Below are positions 55,314-64,000 of a DNA stretch of 64,000 bases, in pieces. This DNA comes from Desulfocapsaceae bacterium (GTDB taxonomy: Bacteria > Desulfobacterota > Desulfobulbia > Desulfobulbales > Desulfocapsaceae): assembly GCA_963675545.2 (NCBI GenBank), contig CAXXRX010000001.1, positions 96,326-160,325 on the forward strand, read 5' to 3'. Every line of letters starts with the position of its first letter. The first letter of the stretch is position 1. The notes below the pieces were generated by a model. That model was not told where the DNA came from and made no database searches. It was given only the letters and a program-made list of their open reading frames with translations. A program made the position numbers and the translations under genes.

Positions 55314-56492
55314 CTACCGTTCGATGATGGCAATTTTTTTGTTGTACCAGTTCATAAAAGCAGACGTGGTGAGGCTGAACGTCAGGTAGACAATCATCAT
55401 CAGCGCAACTCCCTCAACGGCCTGGCCGGTCTGGTTGATCGTGGTGCCGGCGACCTGGACAAAATCAGGATAACCGATGGCCACAGCAAGGGAACTGTTC
55501 TTGGTCAGGTTGAGGAGCTGGGATGTCAATGGTGGTACGATTACCCGCAATGCCTGGGGAAATATAACGATTTTAAGCACAAACCGGGGCTTGAGGCCGA
55601 TCGACATGGCGGCTTCCGTCTGACCATGGCTGATGGACTGGATGCCTGCCCTGACGATCTGGGCAATGAACGATGCCGTGTAGAGTACCAGCCCGATCAG
55701 CAGTGCGGAAAACTCAGGGCTGATGTTTCTGCCGCCCTCGAAGTTAAAGCCTTTCATTTCCGGTATGTCCATCTGGACCGGGGCCCCGCTGACCAGCCAG
55801 GCAAGAAGGGGCAGACCGGCAAGAACACCGATACCGACCCAGAACGTGGGAAACTGCTGCCCGGTAGCTTCCTGTCGCTTTGTCGCCCAGCGATTGATAG
55901 CATATACAAGAATGCAGGCAGCCAGGAATGCGATACCCATGTACCCCCAGGCGGGATGGCTCGCAGGAACGGCAAAATCAACGCCCCTGTTGGTGATATA
56001 AATGCCGGTTACCGGGTTGAGCGCCTGTCTGGGTCCGGGAAATATTTCATAAAAAAGTGCATAAAAGAAAAAGAGCTGGAGCAGGACCGGAATGTTCTGG
56101 AACAGTTCGACATAGGCGGTACCGAGTTTTGCGATCAGCCAGTTGGAAGAAAGGGTACAGACCCCAACAATGGTGCCGAGCATCGTGGTGAGCACCATGC
56201 CGACCAGTGAAATTTTAAGCGTATTGAGTACTCCGACAAGCAGGGCCCTGCCGTAGCTGTCGGCAGCGGAATAGTCGATCAGACTTTCGCCGATCTCAAA
56301 CGCTGCTTCTTTGTCGATAAATCCAAAACCACTGGCGATTGATTGTTTGGCCATATTTTCCTGAACATTTGAAATCAGGTAATAGCCCATGAAGGCGACA
56401 AACGCTGCGGTTATGATCTGGTAGAGGATCGCCCGTGTCTTCTTGTCATTCCAGAAGTATGTTTTTCCCGAATTTGTTGCTCCGGATACCAT
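55314..56492 (-). CDS. aapQ: general amino-acid ABC transporter permease (AapQ/YhdX-type)
   Basis: 'SGFGFIDKEAAFEIGESLIDYSAADSYGRALLVGVLNTL' is collinear with E. coli YhdX as I recall it. EAA loop 'TEAAMSIGLKPRFVLKIVIFPQAL'. ATG 56492 gives a YhdX-like N-terminal length; the ORF is open to 56564. Confidence 0.8.
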   Translation of the reverse strand: MVSGATNSGKTYFWNDKKTRAILYQIITAAFVAFMGYYLISNVQENMAKQSIASGFGFIDKEAAFEIGESLIDYSAADSYGRALLVGVLNTLKISLVGMVLTTMLGTIVGVCTLSSNWLIAKLGTAYVELFQNIPVLLQLFFFYALFYEIFPGPRQALNPVTGIYITNRGVDFAVPASHPAWGYMGIAFLAACILVYAINRWATKRQEATGQQFPTFWVGIGVLAGLPLLAWLVSGAPVQMDIPEMKGFNFEGGRNISPEFSALLIGLVLYTASFIAQIVRAGIQSISHGQTEAAMSIGLKPRFVLKIVIFPQALRVIVPPLTSQLLNLTKNSSLAVAIGYPDFVQVAGTTINQTGQAVEGVALMMIVYLTFSLTTSAFMNWYNKKIAIIER

Positions 56493-56686
56493 AGACAGTG
56501 TGAATACGGAATTGGATAACAAGGGCGGACCGTCACCGTTGTCCTTGTCAATGGGGGGACACAAGCAGGTTATTCAAAATACAGCAAATAACCGTGTGCA
56601 CCAGGCGCCGCCGGTTCATGCTGAATGCCGGCTGCGGACATTCAGCATGAACCCTTGAGAATCTGCGTGATTCCTGTTTTAAAAAT

Positions 56687-57715
56687 TTATTTGAATGGCG
56701 GTGAATACATCAGGCCGCCGTTGGTCCACAATGCGTTGAGACCACGCTCAATGCCAAGTGGCGTGTTAACACCGACATTGCGCTCGAAAATTTCGCTGTA
56801 ATTGCCCACCTGCTTGATGATGTTGTAGGCGAATTTTTCGTCAAGGCCAAGAGCTGCACCGTTTCCGGGAGAGACACCGAGGAATCTCTGGATGACCGGG
56901 TTGGTGGATTTCAGCATTTCGTCGACATTTTTAGAATCAATGCCGAGCTCTTCAGCGTTGATCATTGCCAGAACAGCATAGTTAACGATGTCTTTCCACT
57001 GGTTGTCGCCATGCCGTACAGCAGGGGCAAGGGGTTCCTTGGAAATGATGTCGGGAAGAATCATGAAGTCGGCGGGATTCGGCGCACTGGCGCGCAGACC
57101 GGCGAGCTGGGAGGCATCAGAGGTCATCACGTCACAGCGTCCGGCATAGAATGCCTGTGAAAGTTCCGCAGTGCTCTCGATGGTGACGGTTTTCCAATCC
57201 ATGTTGTTGGAACGGAAAAAGTCGGCGGCATTCTGTTCAGTGGTTGTACCGGGGAGAACACAGACGGTTGCTCCGCTGAGCTCTTTTGCACTTTTTACGC
57301 CGAGCGCTTTGGGGACCATGAAGCCCTGGCCGTCATAGTAGTTCACCTGGACAAAATCAAGGCCGAGAGAGGTGTCCCGTCCCAAGGTCTGGGTGGCATT
57401 TCTTGTCAACAGATCAATTTCTTTTGACTGGAGGGCGGTAAAGCGGGTTTTTGCAGTGAGCGGTACATAGCGCAGGCGGTCATTGAGGTCACCGAATACG
57501 GCCACAGCTACTGCCCGGGCGGTATCAACATCAAGACCCTTCCACTCGCCTTTCTGGTCTGCCTTCCCGAATCCGAAGAGATCTCCATTGACCCCGACCT
57601 GGATATAGCCTTTTTCGGTGACGGATTTCAGTGTGTCGCCGTTTTCGGCAAAGGCAATTCCGGTAGATACCATGAGCAGCGCGCATACGATAAACAAGCT
57701 CTTCCAGTGTTTCAT
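56687..57715 (-). CDS. aapJ: amino-acid ABC transporter periplasmic binding protein (AapJ-type)
   Basis: Signal peptide (MKHWKSLFIVCALLMVSTGIAFA) and about 340 aa mature length; first gene of the aapJQMP-like order. Start at ATG 57715. Confidence 0.85.
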   Translation of the reverse strand: MKHWKSLFIVCALLMVSTGIAFAENGDTLKSVTEKGYIQVGVNGDLFGFGKADQKGEWKGLDVDTARAVAVAVFGDLNDRLRYVPLTAKTRFTALQSKEIDLLTRNATQTLGRDTSLGLDFVQVNYYDGQGFMVPKALGVKSAKELSGATVCVLPGTTTEQNAADFFRSNNMDWKTVTIESTAELSQAFYAGRCDVMTSDASQLAGLRASAPNPADFMILPDIISKEPLAPAVRHGDNQWKDIVNYAVLAMINAEELGIDSKNVDEMLKSTNPVIQRFLGVSPGNGAALGLDEKFAYNIIKQVGNYSEIFERNVGVNTPLGIERGLNALWTNGGLMYSPPFK

Positions 57716-58050
57716 AGACTTCCTCCAGATAGATGGTATTGATTTTGGGATTGACGTCCCGGGCTTAAAACCTGCTGTTAAAGGTACTGCAGGTGTGACA
57801 ACTGTCCATGTCACCACCATTTGATAACACAGGTTTATACTTATCAGCAACAAGTTTGATGAACGCTTAAAATTTCCTTTTAAAAAAACACCAGAGCTGT
57901 GAGCCCCACCTTCCCACTGTTTAGCTTTTCTTTCACGATGAGAAATAGTAAGCTCCGCACTGATTGATTATTGTGTGGTAAAAAGACGGCTATATTTACT
58001 ATGGCAAACAGATAACAATGTGATTTGAGACACCAACGGAGATTGACGGG

Positions 58051-59319
58051 ATGGCAATACTGCTCGGAGCGATAGCGGATGATTTTACCGGGGCAACGGA
58101 TCTGGCAAACACCCTGGTCAAAGAGGGCATGCCGACGATCCAGACATTCGGTATTCCCACCAAGGATTTTGATCCCGGTAAGGCGGCGGCAATTATTGTT
58201 GCCCTGAAGTCTCGCTCGACCCCGGTCGGGGATGCGGTGCAGGAGTCGCTTGAAGCGCTTGAGTGGCTCATGTCGCTGGGAACAAAACAGTTCTTTTTCA
58301 AATACTGCTCAACCTTCGATTCAACCGCAGAGGGTAATATCGGCCCGGTTGCAGAGGCGTTGCTCGGAAGGCTTGGCGAGCCGTTTTCGATTGCCTGTCC
58401 CGCCTTTCCGACCAACGGCAGAACCATTTACAAGGGGCATCTTTTTGTCGGAGATCTGCTGCTCAGCGATTCGAGCATGAAAGATCATCCGCTGACCCCG
58501 ATGAATGATGCAAACCTGGTGCGTTTCCTCGGCAGGCAGACAACGGGTTCGGTCGGCCTGGTTCCCTTTGAAGATGTTGAAGCCGGCTCCGAGGCAATTC
58601 GGCAGACATATGAGCGGTTAAGCGCTTTGGGTAACATGTTTGCTGTGGTCGATGCGCTCAATGACCAGAACCTGTATGCCATCGGAGAAGCCTCAAAAGA
58701 CCTGAAACTGATCACCGGCGGGTCTGGTGTGGCCCTCGGGATTCCAGAAAATTTTCGAAAGTCCGGCGAACTGCAGAGCGCTGACGGCTGTTACCAGTGG
58801 CAGCCGGACGGGCGGGCTGCGGTACTGTCGGGAAGCTGTTCCGCAATGACCAGAGCCCAGGTCGCCGCAGTAAAGGATCGCTGGCCATGTTTCAATCTTG
58901 AGGCGATTGCCCTTGATAAGGACAAAAATGGGGTTGTCGAGAAGGTGTTGGCATGGGTTGACAAACAGGACGGGGATGTGCCCTATCTTATCTATTCTTC
59001 AGCCGACCCCGGTGATGTCGCCAAAGTTCAGGAGCAACTGGGAAGAACCAGGGCCGGGCTGCTTGTCGAAGAGGCAATGGGCGTCATTGCCGCTGGAATC
59101 GTCAAGCGCGGTATCGGGCGTCTGGTTGTCGCCGGCGGGGAAACCTCTGGTGCGGTCGTCAAAAGCCTTGGTGTTGAGGCCATACAAATCGGTAAAGAGA
59201 TCGATCCTGGTGTGCCGTGGTGTAAAACGATCGGAGATGTCAGTCTGTCGCTGGCCCTGAAGTCGGGTAATTTTGGAAACGAGGATTTTTTTACCAAGGC
59301 GTTTGAGGTCCTTGGCTGA
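58051..59319 (+). CDS. otnK: four-carbon acid-sugar kinase family protein (YgbK / 3-oxo-tetronate kinase-like)
   Basis: N-terminal 'LGAIADDFTGATDLANTL' is the hallmark of this (DUF1537) kinase family. C-terminal 'VAGGETSGAV' nucleotide-binding block. Adjacent to a class II aldolase-like gene, as in ygbK-ygbL. Confidence 0.65.
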   Translation: MAILLGAIADDFTGATDLANTLVKEGMPTIQTFGIPTKDFDPGKAAAIIVALKSRSTPVGDAVQESLEALEWLMSLGTKQFFFKYCSTFDSTAEGNIGPVAEALLGRLGEPFSIACPAFPTNGRTIYKGHLFVGDLLLSDSSMKDHPLTPMNDANLVRFLGRQTTGSVGLVPFEDVEAGSEAIRQTYERLSALGNMFAVVDALNDQNLYAIGEASKDLKLITGGSGVALGIPENFRKSGELQSADGCYQWQPDGRAAVLSGSCSAMTRAQVAAVKDRWPCFNLEAIALDKDKNGVVEKVLAWVDKQDGDVPYLIYSSADPGDVAKVQEQLGRTRAGLLVEEAMGVIAAGIVKRGIGRLVVAGGETSGAVVKSLGVEAIQIGKEIDPGVPWCKTIGDVSLSLALKSGNFGNEDFFTKAFEVLG

Positions 59320-59336
59320 AAAGAGCAGGTAACTAC

Positions 59337-59975
59337 ATGGATACAAGAGAAAAAGAGCTGCGGGAAACAATCAGCAGGACTGCCAAATCACTCTTTGACC
59401 GGGGACTGACGTCCGGATCTTCAGGAAACCTCAGTGTCAGGATTAATGACGGCTGGCTGATGACACCGACGGGGTCAACATTCGGAGATCTGGCCCCGGA
59501 ACGGATTTCGCTGCTTGACGGCAACGGTGAACTGCTCAGTGGAGACCCGCCGACCAAGGAACATTTTCTGCACATGGCAATCTATCGCATGCGTCCCCAG
59601 GCTGGAGCGGTCGTTCATCTTCATTCGCTGCATTCGGTGGCAGTCAGCTGCCTGGCCGATGTCGATCCGGAGAATATCCTGCCGCCGATTACCGCGTATT
59701 ACGTGATGAAGATCGGCAGGCTGCCGTTGATTCCCTATTTTCCACCCGGTGATCATGCCCTGGCGGCGGCGGTGGAGGAAAAAGCGGCCCTGCACCGGGC
59801 CGTCATGCTGGCAAATCACGGCCCGGTTGTCTCGGGTAAAAGTCTCGAGGATGCACTCTACGCTGCCGAAGAGCTCGAGGATACGGCACGGCTCTACCTG
59901 CTTACCCGCAACCTGCCGGTAAACTATCTGAACGATGAGCAGATAGCTGAGTTGGAAAAACGCTTTCCCTCCTGA
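59337..59975 (+). CDS. otnC: class II aldolase/adducin-family protein (YgbL / 3-oxo-tetronate 4-phosphate decarboxylase-like)
   Basis: 'GSSGNLSVR', 'PTGS', 'EHFLHMAIY', 'VVHLHS' and 'LANHGPVV' are class II aldolase-fold motifs. It lies 17 bp downstream of the kinase. Confidence 0.6.
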   Translation: MDTREKELRETISRTAKSLFDRGLTSGSSGNLSVRINDGWLMTPTGSTFGDLAPERISLLDGNGELLSGDPPTKEHFLHMAIYRMRPQAGAVVHLHSLHSVAVSCLADVDPENILPPITAYYVMKIGRLPLIPYFPPGDHALAAAVEEKAALHRAVMLANHGPVVSGKSLEDALYAAEELEDTARLYLLTRNLPVNYLNDEQIAELEKRFPS

Positions 59976-60065
59976 CAAAACGGTACAAGCACTCACCTGT
60001 GCATTGCCGGATGGCAGCTAGCGCAGACAGGAAGCCTTCCAGGGCACCGGCCAGAGGCCTCTCTT

Positions 60066-61019
60066 CTAAGGCAGTTCCACAGCCCATTCCTCAAGCGGTT
60101 TCAGCGCTGTGATCATGCTCTGCGTGCGGAGGAATTCAGCAAACCTGAGGTAGCGGTTTTTATCAAGCGCACCCGGCCTGAGAGCGAACCGGGGCAGGGT
60201 GTCAACCCAGGCCCGTCTGTTGAGTTCATCGTCAAGTTCTGCCCGCTCACCTTTTACAAACAGCTCCCAGCTCTGGTCCGGGTGGTTGAGCAGAAACTGG
60301 ACCCCGGACTCGAGGGCGTTGACGAATTTGCGCAGGTTCTTGTCACCGATCCGCTCCCTGTTGGCAACCAGGATCAGCTCATCGTAGGCAGGGATGCCAT
60401 ACTCCTCCACATAAAACGCTCTGCCGGGGCGTTTTTCCATCTCCATCTGATTAAGTTCAAAGTTGCGAAAGGCCCCGATTACCGCATCTGTCTTGCCGGT
60501 GAACAGCGACGGTGAGAGCGAGAAATTGACGTTTACCAGCGTGACGTCGGAGAGTGTAAGGCCGGCTTCAGCCAGCATAACCCCGAGCAATACCGTCTCA
60601 AAGCCCCCGACTGAGTAGCCGATGGTTTTTCCCTTGAGATCGGCCATGGTTTTTATATCGCTGTCGGCAAGAACTACGAGCGAGTTGAGCGGTGTCGCCA
60701 CCAGGGTGGCTATACGAACCAGCGGCAGTCCCTGGTCCACCTGCAGCTGGTGCTGGTGCTGGTAGGATACGGCAATGTCCGCTTTACCGGCGGCGACAAT
60801 CTTGGGAGGGTCGTTGGGGTTTGCGGGGGCCACAAAGATGACGTCAAGCCCCTGTTCCTGGAAGTAGCCTTTTTCTTTAGCGATGATGAGCGGTGCATGG
60901 TCCGGGTTTATAAACCAGTCAAGCAGCACGGTAATTTTTGTTTCGGCCAGGGCGCTGGTGGTAATTGACAAAGAGAGGGCAATAACAATCAGAAACGTTT
61001 TTTTACAGAGTTCAGGCAT
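60066..61019 (-). CDS. NMT1/THI5-like ABC substrate-binding protein (ThiY-like, pyrimidine-precursor binding candidate)
   Basis: Signal peptide, 'LDWFINPDHAPLIIAKEKGYF', about 317 aa. Located in a thiM-thiD operon. Confidence 0.65.
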   Translation of the reverse strand: MPELCKKTFLIVIALSLSITTSALAETKITVLLDWFINPDHAPLIIAKEKGYFQEQGLDVIFVAPANPNDPPKIVAAGKADIAVSYQHQHQLQVDQGLPLVRIATLVATPLNSLVVLADSDIKTMADLKGKTIGYSVGGFETVLLGVMLAEAGLTLSDVTLVNVNFSLSPSLFTGKTDAVIGAFRNFELNQMEMEKRPGRAFYVEEYGIPAYDELILVANRERIGDKNLRKFVNALESGVQFLLNHPDQSWELFVKGERAELDDELNRRAWVDTLPRFALRPGALDKNRYLRFAEFLRTQSMITALKPLEEWAVELP

Positions 61020-61818
61020 GATTCAACTCCTGTGGGGTTTCCCAGTAAATTAATTTTTTTAGAAGAAAATCGATTGAAAAATAGATGGTTAATGAGGCAC
61101 CGGAGAGCAGCGCCAGGGCTGCAAACATGGTGTCGATCTGCATCCGGGCATTGGCATGCAGCATGTAATAACCGAGGCCGGCGCTGGATCCTACCCATTC
61201 ACCGACGATGGCGCCGATTGGTGCGACAGCTGCTGCTACTCTGAGGCCCGAGGCAAAAGCAGGCAGTGCCGAGGGAATGGCGATATAGCGCATGATGCCG
61301 CCGGTTCCTGCCTCCATGACCCGGGCAAGTTCAAGCAGGTCCGGTAGTGTTGCCCGCAAACCGTGATAAAACGATGAGGCAACCGGAAAGAAGATGATGA
61401 GGACAGCCATGGCAATTTTGGAGGCCATTCCATAACCGAGCCAGAGCACCAGTATCGGTGCCAGGGCAAAAACCGGAATAGCCTGGCTGACAACCAGCAC
61501 CGGCAGCATCCAGCGTTTCAGGTGGGGAGAGAGAAACATGGTCAGGGCGCATGAACAACCGAGCAGGGTGCCGATTGTAAGTCCTGCCAGGATTTCACTG
61601 ACGGTTATCAGCAGGTGTCTCAACAGTGTCGGCCAGTGGTTGACCAGTGCGGCACAGACCGGGCCGGGCCCGGGAAGGATGTAGTGGGGAACGCCGGTAA
61701 CAGAAACGAGCAGCTGCCAGAGCAGGGTAAAACCCGATAGAAGCACGGTGAGTCTGAAAACGATCATATGATCGGCACCAGGTTGTCGGTACAACAGCTC
61801 TTTCCGGTAATCATTCAA
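61012..61818 (-). CDS. ABC transporter permease (NitT/TauT/ThiX-like)
   Basis: 6-TM permease with an EAA-like loop ('ELARVMEAGTGGIMRYIAIPSALP'). Overlaps both neighbours by 4-8 nt. Confidence 0.8.
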   Translation of the reverse strand: MNDYRKELLYRQPGADHMIVFRLTVLLSGFTLLWQLLVSVTGVPHYILPGPGPVCAALVNHWPTLLRHLLITVSEILAGLTIGTLLGCSCALTMFLSPHLKRWMLPVLVVSQAIPVFALAPILVLWLGYGMASKIAMAVLIIFFPVASSFYHGLRATLPDLLELARVMEAGTGGIMRYIAIPSALPAFASGLRVAAAVAPIGAIVGEWVGSSAGLGYYMLHANARMQIDTMFAALALLSGASLTIYFSIDFLLKKLIYWETPQELNHA

Positions 61819-62576
61819 TGCTCCATCAGTGTTTTCAGCAGCTGCGGATACTGTTCATGCATAATACCTCCGTCTGCCTCCCTGGGCGGGGTTCCGTCCA
61901 TGTCAAAACGTGCCGCCACCCGTGTCGGACTGCCGGCCAGCACCAAAATGGTGTCCCCAAGCCGCAGCGCCTCCAGCGGATCATGGGTCACCAGCAGTAC
62001 AGTCTTTCCCTTGATCAGCCTGGCTGCCAGATCCTGAAGCCTGATCCTGGTCAGCGCGTCGAGCGCCGAAAACGGTTCATCCATCAGCAGGACCGGTCGA
62101 TTTTCCATCAGTGTGCGCAGCAGGGCAACCCGCTGCCGCATCCCCCCTGACAGGGAGGAGGGCAGTGAGGTACGATACGACCCAAGGCCCGCTTTTTCCA
62201 GAAGCTGAACTGCTTTTTGCCGAAGTGCTGCAGAAATCTCGAAACGGAGTTTTGCGCCCAGCAGGACATTGTCTTCAACACTCATCCAGGGGAGTAGAAG
62301 GTCGTTCTGGCTCATCCAGGCAGTGAGGTTGGCTCCTGCAGGCCCGGGAGCTATGCTGATGATTCCCTGGTGATCGATGGAGCGGTTTCCTGAAATCAAC
62401 CTCAGCAGTGTGGATTTCCCGCAGCCGCTTGGCCCCAGGATACAGGTACATTTGCCGCCTTCGATCTGCAGGGAGAGGTGGTCAAAGATGATGTCTCCAT
62501 GAAACGAGAGTGAGAGCTCATCGATGAAAACCGACGGCATCACGGTGCCGGGTGGCTGGTCTGTATCCGTGGCCAT
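61815..62576 (-). CDS. ABC transporter ATP-binding protein (NitT/TauT/ThiZ-like)
   Basis: Walker A 'GPSGCGKST', signature 'LSGGMRQRVAL', Walker B 'VLLMDEPFSALD'. Confidence 0.85.
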   Translation of the reverse strand: MATDTDQPPGTVMPSVFIDELSLSFHGDIIFDHLSLQIEGGKCTCILGPSGCGKSTLLRLISGNRSIDHQGIISIAPGPAGANLTAWMSQNDLLLPWMSVEDNVLLGAKLRFEISAALRQKAVQLLEKAGLGSYRTSLPSSLSGGMRQRVALLRTLMENRPVLLMDEPFSALDALTRIRLQDLAARLIKGKTVLLVTHDPLEALRLGDTILVLAGSPTRVAARFDMDGTPPREADGGIMHEQYPQLLKTLMEH

Positions 62577-62584
62577 GTCAGGAT

Positions 62585-63409
62585 TTACTGAAAATAACGG
62601 AAAAAATGATGTACCGGACCATGCCCGTTACCAATCCTGTATCCGGCGCCGGCTGCAATTGCCCCGGTTATGTAGTCCTTGGCCGCACGCACAGCCTGCT
62701 CTATGTCCAGTCCCCGGGCACGTCCGGAGGCGATTGCCGAGGAGAGGGTACAGCCGGTGCCGTGCGTGTTGTTTGTCTCGATACGCGTGACGGGAAAAGG
62801 TATCGTTTTTCCTTCCTCGCCAAGGTAGAGCAGATCGTCGCTGTCCTGTGATTCATCAAGGTGCCCGCCCTTGATCAGTATGTTGGTGCAGCCGAGTTTA
62901 CTGAGGTCGATTGCTGCCCGGGCAAGATCGTCGCGGCTGCTGATGTCACGCTCGAGCAGCACGGAGGCTTCCGGGAGATTGGGGGTGATCAGTTCGGCAA
63001 GGGGAATCAGTTCTGTTTTCAGGGCCTTGATGGCGTCATCTTCAATAAGGCGGTCGCCGCTTGTGGCAACCATCACCGGGTCAAGAACAATGTTGCGGCA
63101 GTTGAACTTCTTCAGCATGGCGGCTACCGTCTTGATGAGTTCCGGTGAAAAAAGCATGCCGATCTTGATAGCGTCGGTGCCGATATCGCCGAGTACCGCT
63201 TCAAGCTGCTGCCTGACAAAATCGACTGGAACCGGATGAATGGCACTGACGCCGATGGTGTTCTGAGCTGTCAGGGCGGTGATAACGGACATGCCGTAAC
63301 AGTGGTTTGCCGATATGGTCTTGAGGTCTGCCTGGATACCGGCGCCGCCGCCGCTGTCGGAGCCGGCAATTGTCAATACCCTGGAATAGTGTTTTGTTTG
63401 TCTGCTCAT
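62585..63409 (-). CDS. thiD: hydroxymethylpyrimidine/phosphomethylpyrimidine kinase
   Basis: 'VLTIAGSDSGGGAGIQADLKT', 'DPVMVATSGD' and 'NTHGTGCTLSSAIA' are canonical ThiD blocks. Confidence 0.9.
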   Translation of the reverse strand: MSRQTKHYSRVLTIAGSDSGGGAGIQADLKTISANHCYGMSVITALTAQNTIGVSAIHPVPVDFVRQQLEAVLGDIGTDAIKIGMLFSPELIKTVAAMLKKFNCRNIVLDPVMVATSGDRLIEDDAIKALKTELIPLAELITPNLPEASVLLERDISSRDDLARAAIDLSKLGCTNILIKGGHLDESQDSDDLLYLGEEGKTIPFPVTRIETNNTHGTGCTLSSAIASGRARGLDIEQAVRAAKDYITGAIAAGAGYRIGNGHGPVHHFFRYFQ

Positions 63410-63458
63410 CAGAAAATCTCCCTGCCGTCTCCAAAAATTCCCGCTGCAGCCAGTCTTG

Positions 63459-64000
63459 CTATGCCTCTGTGATCCGACTCCCGGCCTCCAGTTCTTCAGG
63501 CGTCAGGTTGTAAAGGGTATCGAGCATGGCGATCATGAAACTCCCGGGACCGGAGCTCGTCTGAGCGGCCTTTTCTCCGGCAAGCCCGATAAAGGCGAGC
63601 CCACCGGCAGCAGCATCGACCATGTTTTTCTCAACCGCTGCAAAAGCTCCGATAATAGCAGTCGCCGCACAGCCGGTGCCGGTGACAGAGGGCATCATTG
63701 CATCACCGTTTGCAACCCGGAGAACCCGTGAGCCATCGGTGATCAGATCTACCGGGCCCGTTATCGCCAGCGTAGTGCCCAGGTCCCTGGCAAGCTGCGA
63801 GCTGATCTCGGCGGCATCGTCTACCGTATGCATCGCATCGACCCCCTTGGTCATCGAGTCCGGATCACCAAGTGAGAGAATTTCGGAACTGTTGCCGCGA
63901 ATAATACCGACAACCGTTTCAGCAAGCAGACGTTTTGCACTTGCAGTGCGAAATCCGGTGGCACCGGAGCCGACAGGATCAAGGATAATCGGAGTCCCCA
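63459..64000 (-). CDS. thiM: hydroxyethylthiazole kinase; 5' end lies outside the window
   Basis: The frame stays open beyond the listed Met to the window edge ('GTPIILDPVGSGATGFRTASAKRLL...IRGNSSEI...'). 'TGTGCAATAIIGAF' is the ThiM C-terminal block. Confidence 0.85.
   Translation of the reverse strand, partial: GTPIILDPVGSGATGFRTASAKRLLAETVVGIIRGNSSEILSLGDPDSMTKGVDAMHTVDDAAEISSQLARDLGTTLAITGPVDLITDGSRVLRVANGDAMMPSVTGTGCAATAIIGAFAAVEKNMVDAAAGGLAFIGLAGEKAAQTSSGPGSFMIAMLDTLYNLTPEELEAGSRITEA

Noticed and set aside
55131-56210. A 359-aa plus-strand ORF.
   Set aside because: It is antisense to the aapQ/aapM permease genes, whose translations have clear ABC permease features. The plus-strand product is Gly/Arg/Asp-rich low-complexity.

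Overview
This 64-kb window is from a Gram-negative-type chromosome, judged from TolC-like, lipoprotein, TRAP and binding-protein ABC genes. A Desulfobacterota/deltaproteobacterial origin is only a guess. I support about 55 features and recognised no rRNA, tRNA or CRISPR array.

Most of the window is ordinary metabolism and transport:
- two amidohydrolases plus a GntR regulator
- a FAD oxidoreductase and an ADP-ribosylglycohydrolase
- a split YeeE/YedE pair
- pyrB and argF in tandem
- a PAS-GGDEF-EAL protein, cfa, and a short BLUF photoreceptor
- a TRAP transporter interrupted by an MBL-fold gene
- a GntR regulator divergent from a tartrate/D-malate dehydrogenase
- an Aap-type amino-acid ABC importer
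- an otnK/otnC-like pair
- a thiM-thiD-ABC thiamine salvage operon

A mosaic accessory stretch at about 25.1-31.7 kb carries an IS200-type transposase relic, a B12-binding radical SAM gene, a visibly AT-rich islet with small membrane proteins, and a decayed oxidoreductase fragment.

The stand-out is a same-strand, tightly spaced six-gene cluster at 33.0-52.9 kb. It encodes:
- a 4257-aa repeat-rich giant protein with no Sec-type signal but an N-terminal LEPR-XLL-like motif
- a TolC-like outer membrane factor
- three HlyD-type adaptor proteins, one fused to an apparently catalytically intact M50 (site-2-type) metalloprotease and one carrying a ~350-aa cytoplasmic domain
- a DUF3467-like small protein

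The cluster has no ABC ATPase. I propose it as a candidate non-canonical, possibly undescribed, export and leader-processing system for the giant surface protein.

All family calls come from reading motifs by eye. No database search was run.
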